Assembly: GCA_027459725.1 (NCBI GenBank)
Contig: DAIDHK010000006.1
Coordinates: 1,895 to 65,894 of the forward strand
Direction of reading: 5' to 3'
Length of the DNA stretch: 64,000 bases
Origin: Candidatus Levyibacteriota bacterium
GTDB lineage: Bacteria; Patescibacteriota; Microgenomatia; Levybacterales; UBA12049
Part shown: positions 39,779 through 49,356 of the stretch, in pieces
Position numbering within the stretch: position 1 is the first letter of the stretch
Layout: the number at the start of each line of letters is the position of its first letter
Notes under the pieces: generated by a model
The model's database searches: none
What the model saw: the letters and a program-made list of their open reading frames with translations, nothing else
Told to the model about the DNA's origin: nothing
Program-made: the position numbers and the translations under genes

Positions 39779-41323
39779 ATGATCAAACATGAAAAAATAT
39801 CTACTATAACAAGCGGACGAAAATTATTTTATATTTCTTTATGTCTCCTAATTGCAATTTCTATAGGAGTAAATTTAATTACTGTTACTGATCAGTCAAT
39901 TCGTTTAGATGAGTCACAATCATTATGGGCAGCTACCAAATCAGTAACTGGTATATTGAAATATATATCTCAAGATGTACAAGTTCCTTTATATGAATTG
40001 TTATTACATTTTTGGATACAAATCTTTGGAACCAATATTGTTATAGCACGAGGTCTTTCTTTTATTTTTTTTATTTTTACACTACCTGTTTTATACAAAG
40101 TTTACCGTCAGGTCGCGGGTAGGTCAGTCAGTTTATTAGGTGTAACTATTTTTTCTTTATCACCATTTATTCTTTGGTATAGTAACGAGGCACGTATGTA
40201 TACGATGTTTGCCTTAGCAACTAGTCTAGATCATTTGTTTTTCTTAAAGTTGTATAAATCAAAAGGCAAAAATGGCAAGCTAGGATATTTTCTCTCTACC
40301 TTATTTGGAATGTTCTCCCATTACTTCTTTATCTTCTTCTTGTTCACTCAATTTGTGTACGTCATCTTTAGTATTTTTTTAAATCGAAATACAGAAAGTT
40401 TTAAAGCCAAGATTGCTATTAGAAAAAAATTTTTAATTAGTTATATTACAATTTTATTTCTCGATGGTGTTTTTTTCCTTCCATGGGCAGTTTATTTCAT
40501 TTTCCGTGGTTTAGCGGGCAATACACAACCTTTAATACCTCCACCCACATCATATGATATTTTTGCAACATTTATAAATTTTCTTTTTGGCTTCCAGAGT
40601 ACTCAAGTTCAAACCTTGATGGTATCTTTATGGCCACTAATTGTCTTGGTTTTATTTTTTATTTTTACTCGTCGCAATTCGACTCATGTTTTATATAAAG
40701 GATATTTTATTTTGACCGCCTTTTTCCCGATACTTATGATTTTTTTGTTGTCTTTTTTTAAACCAATTTTCTTATCTAGATATCTTATCTTTGTAACTCC
40801 ATCATTATTTTTTATAGTTGCGTGGATTTTATTAAGCTATTCAAAAAAAACTTCCTATATTCTAATTACTATATTTTTAATGTTATTATTAGGCTTATTG
40901 TTTTTTCAAAATTTATCACCGTTTACTCCTGTCAAAGAGAATTATGTGGGAGTATCAGAGTTTCTTGATCAGAAGGCTACAGCATCTGATCTGATTGCTG
41001 TTAGTGCTCCATTTACAATTTATCCTGTTGCATATACTTACAAAGGGGAAGCAGGTATTGTGACTATCCCCAAATGGGATCTTTATAGTCATGGGGCAAT
41101 TCCTGCATTTTCAATAGCAAATTTAAAAACTGACTTGCAATCTTATAAGAAGGAGTATAATAATATTTTCATAGTTTTTTCATACAATCAAGGATACCAA
41201 CAGCAGATCCAGAATTATATGGATACACACTTCAAACGTTTAGTAGCAAAGACATTCTCTCCAGGTTTGGAAGTAGATGAATATCAGCTTAGATATGATC
41301 TATTATCCAATAATAAGCATTAG
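39779..41323 (+). CDS. GT-C-fold polytopic membrane glycosyltransferase (ArnT/PMT-like)
   Basis: 514 aa, more than 10 TM. RLDESQSLW in the first periplasmic loop resembles the DE/DD motif of GT39/GT83-type GT-C enzymes. Confidence 0.5.
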   Translation: MIKHEKISTITSGRKLFYISLCLLIAISIGVNLITVTDQSIRLDESQSLWAATKSVTGILKYISQDVQVPLYELLLHFWIQIFGTNIVIARGLSFIFFIFTLPVLYKVYRQVAGRSVSLLGVTIFSLSPFILWYSNEARMYTMFALATSLDHLFFLKLYKSKGKNGKLGYFLSTLFGMFSHYFFIFFLFTQFVYVIFSIFLNRNTESFKAKIAIRKKFLISYITILFLDGVFFLPWAVYFIFRGLAGNTQPLIPPPTSYDIFATFINFLFGFQSTQVQTLMVSLWPLIVLVLFFIFTRRNSTHVLYKGYFILTAFFPILMIFLLSFFKPIFLSRYLIFVTPSLFFIVAWILLSYSKKTSYILITIFLMLLLGLLFFQNLSPFTPVKENYVGVSEFLDQKATASDLIAVSAPFTIYPVAYTYKGEAGIVTIPKWDLYSHGAIPAFSIANLKTDLQSYKKEYNNIFIVFSYNQGYQQQIQNYMDTHFKRLVAKTFSPGLEVDEYQLRYDLLSNNKH

Positions 41324-41333
41324 GTATATGGAA

Positions 41334-42239
41334 TTATTCACTTTCTTCATTCTCTGAATTGTCGGAATTGCTGATATCTAATTGAGAATAATCTGCTTGC
41401 GGGATTTCACCCTCCATAATCACTGGTAGATTAGACCAGGAATGTTTTATTCTATGATCGGTCAAGCGGTCCTGGGGGAAATTATATGTTTTAATTTTTT
41501 CAGAACGCATACCTCTTCCTACCTGAGTTGACTTAAGGGAGGATATCTGTGAAGTCTGTTTTTCCATCTCCATTTCCCAGAGTTTTGCACGAAGCATTTG
41601 CATTGCTATCTCACGATTTTGTCCTTGAAAGCGTTCTGTACGACAGACTACAACGATTCCGGTTGGCTTATGTACCAAACGCACGGCAGTAGAAACTTTA
41701 TTAACATTCTGCCCTCCATGACCACCTGCCCGAAAAGCTTCAAAATCTATATCATCAGGATTAATATGTAGATCTATATCTTCAAGCTCAGGCAATATCG
41801 AAACAGTAGCGGTTGAGGTATGTACACGTCCACGTTTTTCAGTTTCTGGAACTCTTTGTACTCGGTGTACACCAGCTTCATATTTGAAGCTTTTAAATGC
41901 GTTGAATCCTATGATTTTTATTACACTTTCATCAAGAACCTCGATTTTAAACCCATTTATTTGAGCATAGCGAGAATACATCCTAAGCAATTCTTGTGCC
42001 CATAATTTAGCTTCATCACCACCTGCGGCGCCTTTTGTTTCCAGGATTACATTTCTTTCGTCCAAACCTTCATTAGGCTCTTCTGGTTTCATGGTCTCCA
42101 CAATAGCCTTTTTTTGTGCTTCCAAGTTGGCGATTTCTTCCTTAGCCATATCAGACAAAGAAGCATCTTCCAATAGTGGTATGGTCTCAGCTATTTTTTG
42201 CTCAAGTTCTTGAATTTGAATGTGTCGGTAGTCGGTCAT
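41334..42239 (-). CDS. prfA: Peptide chain release factor 1
   Basis: [23 protein letters not shown] (GGQ) and [17 protein letters not shown] (the RF1-type PxT region; PET here rather than PAT). 301 aa, shorter than typical at the N-terminus. Confidence 0.85.
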   Translation of the reverse strand: MTDYRHIQIQELEQKIAETIPLLEDASLSDMAKEEIANLEAQKKAIVETMKPEEPNEGLDERNVILETKGAAGGDEAKLWAQELLRMYSRYAQINGFKIEVLDESVIKIIGFNAFKSFKYEAGVHRVQRVPETEKRGRVHTSTATVSILPELEDIDLHINPDDIDFEAFRAGGHGGQNVNKVSTAVRLVHKPTGIVVVCRTERFQGQNREIAMQMLRAKLWEMEMEKQTSQISSLKSTQVGRGMRSEKIKTYNFPQDRLTDHRIKHSWSNLPVIMEGEIPQADYSQLDISNSDNSENEESE

Positions 42240-42321
42240 ATTAGCTTCCTTTCATTGTAACGTCTAATTTTGTAGGAGCAATAGAGTTCCTTAAATAAAA
42301 CCAGACTACAACATGAAGTGG

Positions 42322-42621
42322 CTACTTTAATGCCTGAAGCATCTCCCGAAGAGTCTTGGGGCCTTCTTGCTGTTTGCGTTTTTCTTCTTTCTTTTTGGTT
42401 ACTTGAACTTTGTGAGCTTGAGCCTGATCACGTTTCTCCTGGAATCTGCTTATTCTAGAACCAGTATCCACAAAACGATCCTGCCCAGTATAGAAAGGAT
42501 GACACTTATAACATAATTCTACATGGATGACATCTTTGGTTGATCCCACTGTGAATTTGTTCCCGCAAACGCATATGACTTGTGCTTGATGGTTATATTT
42601 TGGGTGGATAGTAGCTTTCAT
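42322..42621 (-). CDS. rpmE: 50S ribosomal protein L31
   Basis: MKATIHPKY...VICVCGNKFTVGST...CYKCHPFYTG matches bL31 with its Cys ribbon. The start is taken at the internal ATG at 42621 rather than the ORF-track start. Confidence 0.85.
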   Translation of the reverse strand: MKATIHPKYNHQAQVICVCGNKFTVGSTKDVIHVELCYKCHPFYTGQDRFVDTGSRISRFQEKRDQAQAHKVQVTKKKEEKRKQQEGPKTLREMLQALK

Positions 42622-43093
42622 AGTCCTCATATTATAGCCTAGATCACTGTTATTGGCAAGTTGGCGCATTACCTCACTGAAAATCTTGGTTTACTCTATT
42701 CGTTACCTCAAATAATATTCTTGGTGAAATATAGTCCATAATACTACAGATCGGGAAGGTGTGAAACCATGAATTTGAGAATAAAACATGTATTGATATG
42801 TCAAATGGCATCAATATACAAAAAAACTTTGCGAAAACTATATTTAACATTATATCCCGTAAATGTTCTTCGAGAGATATAAAATATTACTGATCAATTA
42901 AACTCTATTTAGGAAATTTTCTGCTCAAAATTATACTACGATTTTCAATGAGGTAACGAGTAATGTTATACTAAGATTCTTGCTTGAAATATGCGGTTGG
43001 GTGAAACTTGTACAGAGACTAAGGCGTGGTTATATTGCTATCATGATTCGGTATAATAATTTAGTAAAAATGGTAAGAGAAAGGTAAGTTTTA

Positions 43094-43122
43094 TTGACAA
43101 AATATTATTTTTTAGATATGTT
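43094..43122 (+). promoter_or_regulatory. Sigma70-like promoter candidate (TTGACA-17-TATGTT)
   Basis: ttgacaaaatattattttttagatatgtt lies about 12 nt upstream of the ORF starting at 43134. Confidence 0.3.
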
Positions 43123-43133
43123 GTTCACAACAC

Positions 43134-43622
43134 ATGGTAAAAGTTGAAACACTTTTTACTCACCCGTCTGTACCTCTCCCATCGATGGAAAATAGATTGA
43201 GTGAGATTTATCGAGAACTACATTTACAAGTCAGGATAAATCAAACATCTAGAGTAGGTGAACAAGGGAAGATAGTAAAGACACGTCTACCATTTTCCGC
43301 AACTAATTTTTTTCTAACATATGGAATTGAAGAAAGTTTCTACCCTCAATCTGAAACTTTTCAAGCAATGACGGTTATTTTACTTTGTGAACTGTCTCGC
43401 AAGCTTCCTTTAGCTTCAAGAATGTTCATAGAAGGAAGAGCTAGAGGAAGAACACCCAGTAAACTGTATGATTTCCTCACAATTTCTCCAAGGGAACAAA
43501 AGACTTATTTAAAGGAATGTTTTCCTGCACAAGTAAGTGATCCTGCATTTATTGAAGATGCCAATATGCTAAAGCGAGCTGTCTCTAAAATTAGTAATCC
43601 ACTTGGTAGTAAAAATAGATGA
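43134..43622 (+). CDS. Hypothetical protein
   Basis: 162 aa, no motifs recognised. Preceded by about 430 bp of non-coding AT-rich DNA. Confidence 0.35.
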   Translation: MVKVETLFTHPSVPLPSMENRLSEIYRELHLQVRINQTSRVGEQGKIVKTRLPFSATNFFLTYGIEESFYPQSETFQAMTVILLCELSRKLPLASRMFIEGRARGRTPSKLYDFLTISPREQKTYLKECFPAQVSDPAFIEDANMLKRAVSKISNPLGSKNR

Positions 43623-43627
43623 GTAAT

Positions 43628-44869
43628 TTATTTTAATATTTCAATTACCTCATCGATTGAAAGTGTTTTTTGTTCACGTGACTGTAAATTTTTCAATATT
43701 AATACATTTCTTTCAATCTCATCAGGTCCCTGAATGATTACAAAAGGGATATTTTTTTGATCTGCATATTTTAGCTGCTTCTCCATTTTTGCATTACTAT
43801 CTGAATAAAGTTCACATAGAATGTTCTCCTCTCTCAATTTAGCAAAAGTAGCAACTGCATTATCCTCTGAGTCCATATTGAAGATACTGATAAGAACCTT
43901 AGTATTTTGTAAATTAGTGGGGAAAAGATTATTTTCTTCCATAGCATCCAATAAACGGTCGAATCCTAGCGCAAAACCTACTGCAGGGATCTGTCGAGTT
44001 GCAAACATTCCGATTAAATTATTATATCTTCCACCTCCTGCTACCGAACCTGCAGTATAACCTTCTATTTCTATTTCAAAAATTAGACCTGTATAATAAT
44101 CTAAACCACGCGCTAATGTGGGAAAAAATATAAATTGCTCAGACTTTAGTCCCATTCTTTTTAAAAGATGAAATATAGTTTTTAAGCGCATTGTCGGTTG
44201 TTGATTTTGCATGGATTTTAGGATAAGTTCTGCTTTACTTTTTTCAAGGCCATTGCTGATCATTTCTTCAATCACTTTTTCTTGACCAATTTTTTTTAAT
44301 TTATCAATTGCACGAATAATTATAGGTAATTGACTGTCTTCAATCTTTAATTGTTCATTAGTAGCCAATTCATTAAAAATATTCCGATCGTTAATGAGGA
44401 TTTTGAAGTTGGGGAAGCCAAGAGCCTCAACGGCCTTACCTGCTGCAACTATAGTTTCAGCATCTGATAGGGGAGTATCTACCCCAACAATATCACAATC
44501 GCATTGAAGAAATTCTCGAAATCTACCTTTTTGAGTGTTTTCTGCTCGCCAAACTTGTTGGATTTGATACCTTTTAAAGGGCATCACTAGTTTTTCACCA
44601 TATTGTGCAACCACGCGCGATAGGGGTACAGTTTGATCGTAGCGCATAGCAACACGACGATCACCATTATCAGTAAAACGGTACATTAGTTTATCACCTT
44701 CTGCTCCATATTTTCCCATTAACAGCTCTTCATATTCGAGAGCGGGTGTTTCTAATGGTTCAAAGCCAAAAGAAGAAAAAGCAGTTCTAATTTTGTTGAT
44801 CATGTATTGTCTTTTTCTGGATTCTACAGGCAAAAAGTCTCTAAATCCTTTTAAATTATGAACATTCAT
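43628..44869 (-). CDS. hisS: Histidine--tRNA ligase
   Basis: Class II motifs (FRDFLP, YRFTDNGDRRVAMRYDQTVP, GGGRYNNL), RGLDYYTGLIFE, C-terminal anticodon-binding domain. 413 aa. Confidence 0.9.
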   Translation of the reverse strand: MNVHNLKGFRDFLPVESRKRQYMINKIRTAFSSFGFEPLETPALEYEELLMGKYGAEGDKLMYRFTDNGDRRVAMRYDQTVPLSRVVAQYGEKLVMPFKRYQIQQVWRAENTQKGRFREFLQCDCDIVGVDTPLSDAETIVAAGKAVEALGFPNFKILINDRNIFNELATNEQLKIEDSQLPIIIRAIDKLKKIGQEKVIEEMISNGLEKSKAELILKSMQNQQPTMRLKTIFHLLKRMGLKSEQFIFFPTLARGLDYYTGLIFEIEIEGYTAGSVAGGGRYNNLIGMFATRQIPAVGFALGFDRLLDAMEENNLFPTNLQNTKVLISIFNMDSEDNAVATFAKLREENILCELYSDSNAKMEKQLKYADQKNIPFVIIQGPDEIERNVLILKNLQSREQKTLSIDEVIEILK

Positions 44870-44933
44870 AATTGCATTTTAGCACATAGAGAATATGTTT
44901 ACATTTAAGTAACATAAAATTCTTTGAAATTTT

Positions 44934-45701
44934 CTACTTAATCGGTTTGGAAGTTATAGTTGCCGAAGGTCCGGCAGTAGGTGAAACAGATAAACTAATA
45001 GCAGGGTCTTTAGGTGCCCCATCGAATTGTAAAATTCGGTTAGCAATTGTCATTGTTTTATCCGTTTTACTAGGATAACCATATATTATCACCCGATCAC
45101 CTTCCGATAACTTAGAAAAACCTGATCTAACAAAATTAGCTCCCAGAGCGGAAGAGTATGTTTTTGTAAAAGCTTCGACGTCGATTTTGTGCTGAGTATT
45201 TCCGCTCACTGCAAGCATAAACGTTCCATTTACTCGATCAATTGAGGCTATTTCACCAGTCAAATATGTCGGCATTGCGTAGATATTGATATATCTGGCA
45301 AGTAAATGCTCCGAATCTTTATTCCACAATCCTAGGGCAGTTATTACAGCTCCTTTGGGTAAGTCGGAAATACCTATCGTATTTCCGTTGAGATCATAGA
45401 ATTTAGTAATCTCATCTGCATCGATGAATCTGGTGTTATTTTGTAGGTCGTTAATAGTTATTGAGGTACTTCCAATGCTTACTATTGTGCCCATAATTCC
45501 ACGTTTTTCGACCAAATTCATCTGCGAAACTTCTTTTTTGATTTTATTTAAAATTGCTTGTTCATTAGCAGGGGTAGTAGGACTTACAGAGGCACTGGAA
45601 GAAGCATTTGATTGAGCCTCTATTGTGGATGGAACAATAAATGACATCAGACCGATTAGGACAAATAATATAGCAAAATATATTTTAATGTTAATTTTCA
45701 T
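44934..45701 (-). CDS. Secreted hypothetical protein
   Basis: 255 aa; signal peptide (IYFAILFVLIGLMSFIVPSTIEAQS), S/T-rich segment. No motifs. Confidence 0.4.
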   Translation of the reverse strand: MKINIKIYFAILFVLIGLMSFIVPSTIEAQSNASSSASVSPTTPANEQAILNKIKKEVSQMNLVEKRGIMGTIVSIGSTSITINDLQNNTRFIDADEITKFYDLNGNTIGISDLPKGAVITALGLWNKDSEHLLARYINIYAMPTYLTGEIASIDRVNGTFMLAVSGNTQHKIDVEAFTKTYSSALGANFVRSGFSKLSEGDRVIIYGYPSKTDKTMTIANRILQFDGAPKDPAISLSVSPTAGPSATITSKPIK

Positions 45702-45704
45702 AGT

Positions 45705-46157
45705 TTAAAATTGTTGAGTTGAATAGGTCAGAGTTCTGACCATTGTTTGCTCAGTCCCATCAGGGAAAATCGCTGTAATATATAAAGGATTGGTATCATT
45801 GTCAATAGTCGTACTCAAAGAATATGTTCCATCATTCGCAGCTACTCCTACCTGATCACTACTGGTAGTTGAAACAACAATAATACTTCCCTTAGTTGCT
45901 TTCCCACTAACAGTTATGGCATGGGTAGTAAGGACGCTTTCATCAGTTGGCTCGGTAATTGTAAAAAAATCACCTTTGGGAGCTGAGGTGGGTGAAGGAA
46001 TAAGTGTAGGTTTTACTGTGATTATTTGTACTGCTGGTTTAGGAGCAGATTTGAAATAGTGATCATAAACATAAAAAGTACCTCCAGCGACCATCAGACC
46101 AACCAAAACAGCAATAAAAGATAATATGACACGTTCAGCTTTCATAAGTAGTAACAA
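45705..46157 (-). CDS. Secreted/membrane-anchored hypothetical protein
   Basis: 150 aa; N-terminal TM/signal, beta-rich remainder. Separated from the downstream gene by 3 nt. Confidence 0.4.
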   Translation of the reverse strand: MLLLMKAERVILSFIAVLVGLMVAGGTFYVYDHYFKSAPKPAVQIITVKPTLIPSPTSAPKGDFFTITEPTDESVLTTHAITVSGKATKGSIIVVSTTSSDQVGVAANDGTYSLSTTIDNDTNPLYITAIFPDGTEQTMVRTLTYSTQQF

Positions 46158-46208
46158 TACGGGTGATCAGATAATACGTTATCAGACATATCTTGTCAAG
46201 AAACATAA

Positions 46209-46742
46209 ATGTGTGTTAGTATGGTGCAGATGGAAATAACATCATTAGCAAAAAACTCATTGAAAATTAAAGGTAAACAGACATCAGTAGTCGTAAATCC
46301 ACTGGATAAATCTGTAACGTTTGAGGCTGCTGTGGTTTTTGATAGTCCCAAATCATTATTAAAACTTAAGTCTGATATCTTGACCATTGATGGGCCGGGT
46401 GAATACGAAATTGGTGGATTGAAAATAACTGGTGTTAGATATGAGGATTCAGTTTCATATACTTTCATAGTCGATGATGTGCGTATAGTTTTGGTTGATA
46501 ATAAAACGTTGGCAAAATTTCATTCCAAGCTTCCTGATGTAAATTTGGTTATAGTAATGGTTTCTTCAGAAGATGATTTATCTAGTGCTACTAATGTTGC
46601 TGGGTCAGCTGTTTTGTATATGGGTGACAAATCTGATGAAGTTGTAAATAAATCTATTAAAGAAGGTGTAACCAAAACTAGTAAGTATACAGTTACCAAA
46701 GATAAATTGCCGACAGAAGTACAACAGCTATTGTTAGTTTAA
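46209..46742 (+). CDS. MBL-fold-like (UPF0173-type) protein with degenerate metal-binding motif
   Basis: MEITSLAKNSLKIKGKQTSVVVNP parallels the MKITWLGHSCF.I.GK..ILIDP start of metallo-beta-lactamase-fold hydrolases, but the HxHxDH histidines are not evident. Confidence 0.35.
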   Translation: MCVSMVQMEITSLAKNSLKIKGKQTSVVVNPLDKSVTFEAAVVFDSPKSLLKLKSDILTIDGPGEYEIGGLKITGVRYEDSVSYTFIVDDVRIVLVDNKTLAKFHSKLPDVNLVIVMVSSEDDLSSATNVAGSAVLYMGDKSDEVVNKSIKEGVTKTSKYTVTKDKLPTEVQQLLLV

Positions 46743-46831
46743 CGATATAAATTTAAACAGAGGTATAAGCTGAGAGGGTAAGGTCTAAGAAAATTCTCTT
46801 ATTGCAAACTACTTATGTCTTTTACTTATCT

Positions 46832-48157
46832 ATGTCCACTATTAAAGTTCCTCCACATAATGAAGAAGCAGAACAGAGTGTTTTAGGTGCAATTCTGATA
46901 GATAAAGAGGCAATTTCAGTGGTCTCGGGAATTCTCAGACCTGAACATTTTTATAGCGATCTTCATGCTTTAATTTATATAGCCATGTTGGATATTCATG
47001 AGGAGAGAAAGCCAATAGACGTTCTGACAGTTTCGGCACAGATAAAAAAACATGATAAAAATAAAACAGTTAGAAGTTCATACCTTAATGAGCTGGTCAA
47101 TGCAGTTCCTACTGCTGCCAATGTTGAAGAATACTCTCATTTGGTGAAAGATTTAGCTACAAAAAGAGCTCTAATTCACGCAGCATCAGAAATAGCCGAA
47201 TTAGGTTTTGAAGAAGATAAGGAGGTAAAAGATTTGCTTGATCGGGCAGAGTCGAGCATTTTTACTATCTCTCAAAGCAGTATCAAAAGAGATTTTATTG
47301 CCATTAAGGATACTTTGACAGAAAGTTTTGATCGTTTGGATGAATTACATCGTTTAGGAGAGGGATTAAGAGGAACAAAAACGGGCTTTTCTGATTTAGA
47401 TCGTATTTTATCAGGTATGCAAAAATCCAATCTGCTCATATTAGCAGCTCGACCTGGACAAGGGAAAACAGCACTGGTAGTGAACATAGCTCAGTTTATA
47501 GGTGTGATGGAAAAAAAAGCCGTGGCAATTTTCTCTTTGGAAATGAGTAAAGAAGAACTGGTTGATCGTTTAATGGTTGGTCAGGCAGATATCGATGCTT
47601 GGAAACAAAAAACTGGACGTTTGAATGAGGAAGACTGGACAAAACTATCGAACGCAATGGGTGAACTTGCCGAGGCACCTATTTTTATCGATGATACCCC
47701 TGGTATTTCTATTGCCGAGATGCGTAGTAAGGCGCGTAGGTTACAACTGGAGCATAAAGATTTAAGTTTGATAATCGTGGACTATTTACAGTTGGTGGAT
47801 CCTGGACAAAAATTTGAAGGACGTGTACAGGAAGTAGCCCATATCTCAAAGTCATTGAAAAATCTAGCTCGTGAGCTAAATGTGCCAGTTTTGGCTGCAT
47901 CACAGTTATCTCGTGCAGTTGAGCAGAGGACTGATCGTAAACCTCAATTAGCCGATTTACGCGAATCAGGCACAATTGAGCAGGATGCAGATGTGGTTAT
48001 GTTCATTTATCGGCCCGACATAGAAGGTAATCCCATTAACATTCCTACTAAATTATTGATAGCTAAACATCGCAATGGAGCTACTGGAGAAATTGATTTA
48101 TTGTTCCGGGGTGATCGTATCAAGTTCTACAGTGTTGAGAGACAGCAACAGGTATAA
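46832..48157 (+). CDS. dnaB: Replicative DNA helicase
   Basis: PPHNEEAEQSVLGAIL N-terminus; Walker A ARPGQGKTA, Walker B LIIVDYLQL, arginine finger region. Start taken at the ATG at 46832. Confidence 0.9.
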   Translation: MSTIKVPPHNEEAEQSVLGAILIDKEAISVVSGILRPEHFYSDLHALIYIAMLDIHEERKPIDVLTVSAQIKKHDKNKTVRSSYLNELVNAVPTAANVEEYSHLVKDLATKRALIHAASEIAELGFEEDKEVKDLLDRAESSIFTISQSSIKRDFIAIKDTLTESFDRLDELHRLGEGLRGTKTGFSDLDRILSGMQKSNLLILAARPGQGKTALVVNIAQFIGVMEKKAVAIFSLEMSKEELVDRLMVGQADIDAWKQKTGRLNEEDWTKLSNAMGELAEAPIFIDDTPGISIAEMRSKARRLQLEHKDLSLIIVDYLQLVDPGQKFEGRVQEVAHISKSLKNLARELNVPVLAASQLSRAVEQRTDRKPQLADLRESGTIEQDADVVMFIYRPDIEGNPINIPTKLLIAKHRNGATGEIDLLFRGDRIKFYSVERQQQV

Positions 48158-48287
48158 CAGCAGTTTTCCGCATTTAGCATTTTTGTCATTGTTGTCACCT
48201 TCATGTCAGGGAAATTACAGTAACTGTAATAAAAATGTCTATTTAAGGTCAAGTAAATTAATTATTTTTATTACAAAATACCTTTGC

Positions 48288-49349
48288 ATGATAGAAGGTA
48301 AAATTACACCCACACAAGTTGCAACCTTAGCTGCTCAAGATCATAGAGTCGGCTTATCATTTAATAATAAATTATATGGTGGAGTTAGTGGTGATGTAGT
48401 ACACGAAGGCTACTTACAACATTCTTTATCTCATGACAGACAAAAAGTAGTAATAAAAGTAGGCCCTGGAGTGGGAAATCGAGAAGTAACAGCGGCTAGG
48501 CGTATACATGCTCAAGCTCCTTCATTTCCTTTGATACAAGATTTACTTTCAGGATATGATTATGTAGTATATCCTTATTTATCAGGCGATACAATTGACC
48601 AAAGAGTAAGGGCAGGAGTTCCTGAATCAACAGAGGAATTCAGTATATTTGCCAGATTACACGCTCAGCTTTGGGAACAAACGCAAAAAGATGGAATATC
48701 AGTTTTAGATGGTTATCCTAAGAAATTGGAACAGACCAAAGAAATTCTATATAAGCTTGCGCTCAAGGATAATGATGGCAAAGAAATACCCGTTGCTGAT
48801 ATTGCTCATAGAGACTGGAGAGTAAATGGTAGGTCTATAGGTAGGTTAGAAGATGTGATTGATACGACTTCGGCAAATATTAGAAAGTCAGGTATGGGTG
48901 TTTTGACTCATGGTGATGAAGGAGCAGGGAATGCAATAAAAGAAAAAAATAGTGGAGACATAATTTTTATTGATCATGGATCGGCAGGGGTCAGGGCACC
49001 AGAAGAAGCAATTGCAAAAATTCTCTTGTGGTTTGATGCGACTAATGTCAATGGTAGGGGATATTCATTAAATTTGAATCCAAAAGGGGTAGAATTGCAA
49101 ACCAAAGAACAAACCAAACCGCATATTCACAGATCTGTTGCAGCAGCACAAACAGCATTGCAACCCTATCTCAAAGACCTTTCTTCTGATTCAGCGATTT
49201 CATCTTATATGATGGTTTATCTTTGGAGAGAGTTGCACTGGCTGGAGCGAAGAGGAAGGCAGGATGCGATGCCGTATTTACTAGCAAAATCTTTATCATT
49301 TGCGCCTGAGTTGCAGACTTCAGGTAGAGGACGTAGCAGCTATATTTAG
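48288..49349 (+). CDS. Protein-kinase-like-fold small-molecule kinase (APH/choline-kinase family)
   Basis: KLYGGVSGDVV (glycine-rich loop equivalent), VVIKVGPG (beta3 Lys), THGDEGAGNAI (HGDxxxxN catalytic loop), IFIDHGSAG (DFG-equivalent IDxG). Start taken at the first ATG after the dnaB stop. Confidence 0.5.
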   Translation: MIEGKITPTQVATLAAQDHRVGLSFNNKLYGGVSGDVVHEGYLQHSLSHDRQKVVIKVGPGVGNREVTAARRIHAQAPSFPLIQDLLSGYDYVVYPYLSGDTIDQRVRAGVPESTEEFSIFARLHAQLWEQTQKDGISVLDGYPKKLEQTKEILYKLALKDNDGKEIPVADIAHRDWRVNGRSIGRLEDVIDTTSANIRKSGMGVLTHGDEGAGNAIKEKNSGDIIFIDHGSAGVRAPEEAIAKILLWFDATNVNGRGYSLNLNPKGVELQTKEQTKPHIHRSVAAAQTALQPYLKDLSSDSAISSYMMVYLWRELHWLERRGRQDAMPYLLAKSLSFAPELQTSGRGRSSYI

Positions 49350-49356
49350 TGAGATT

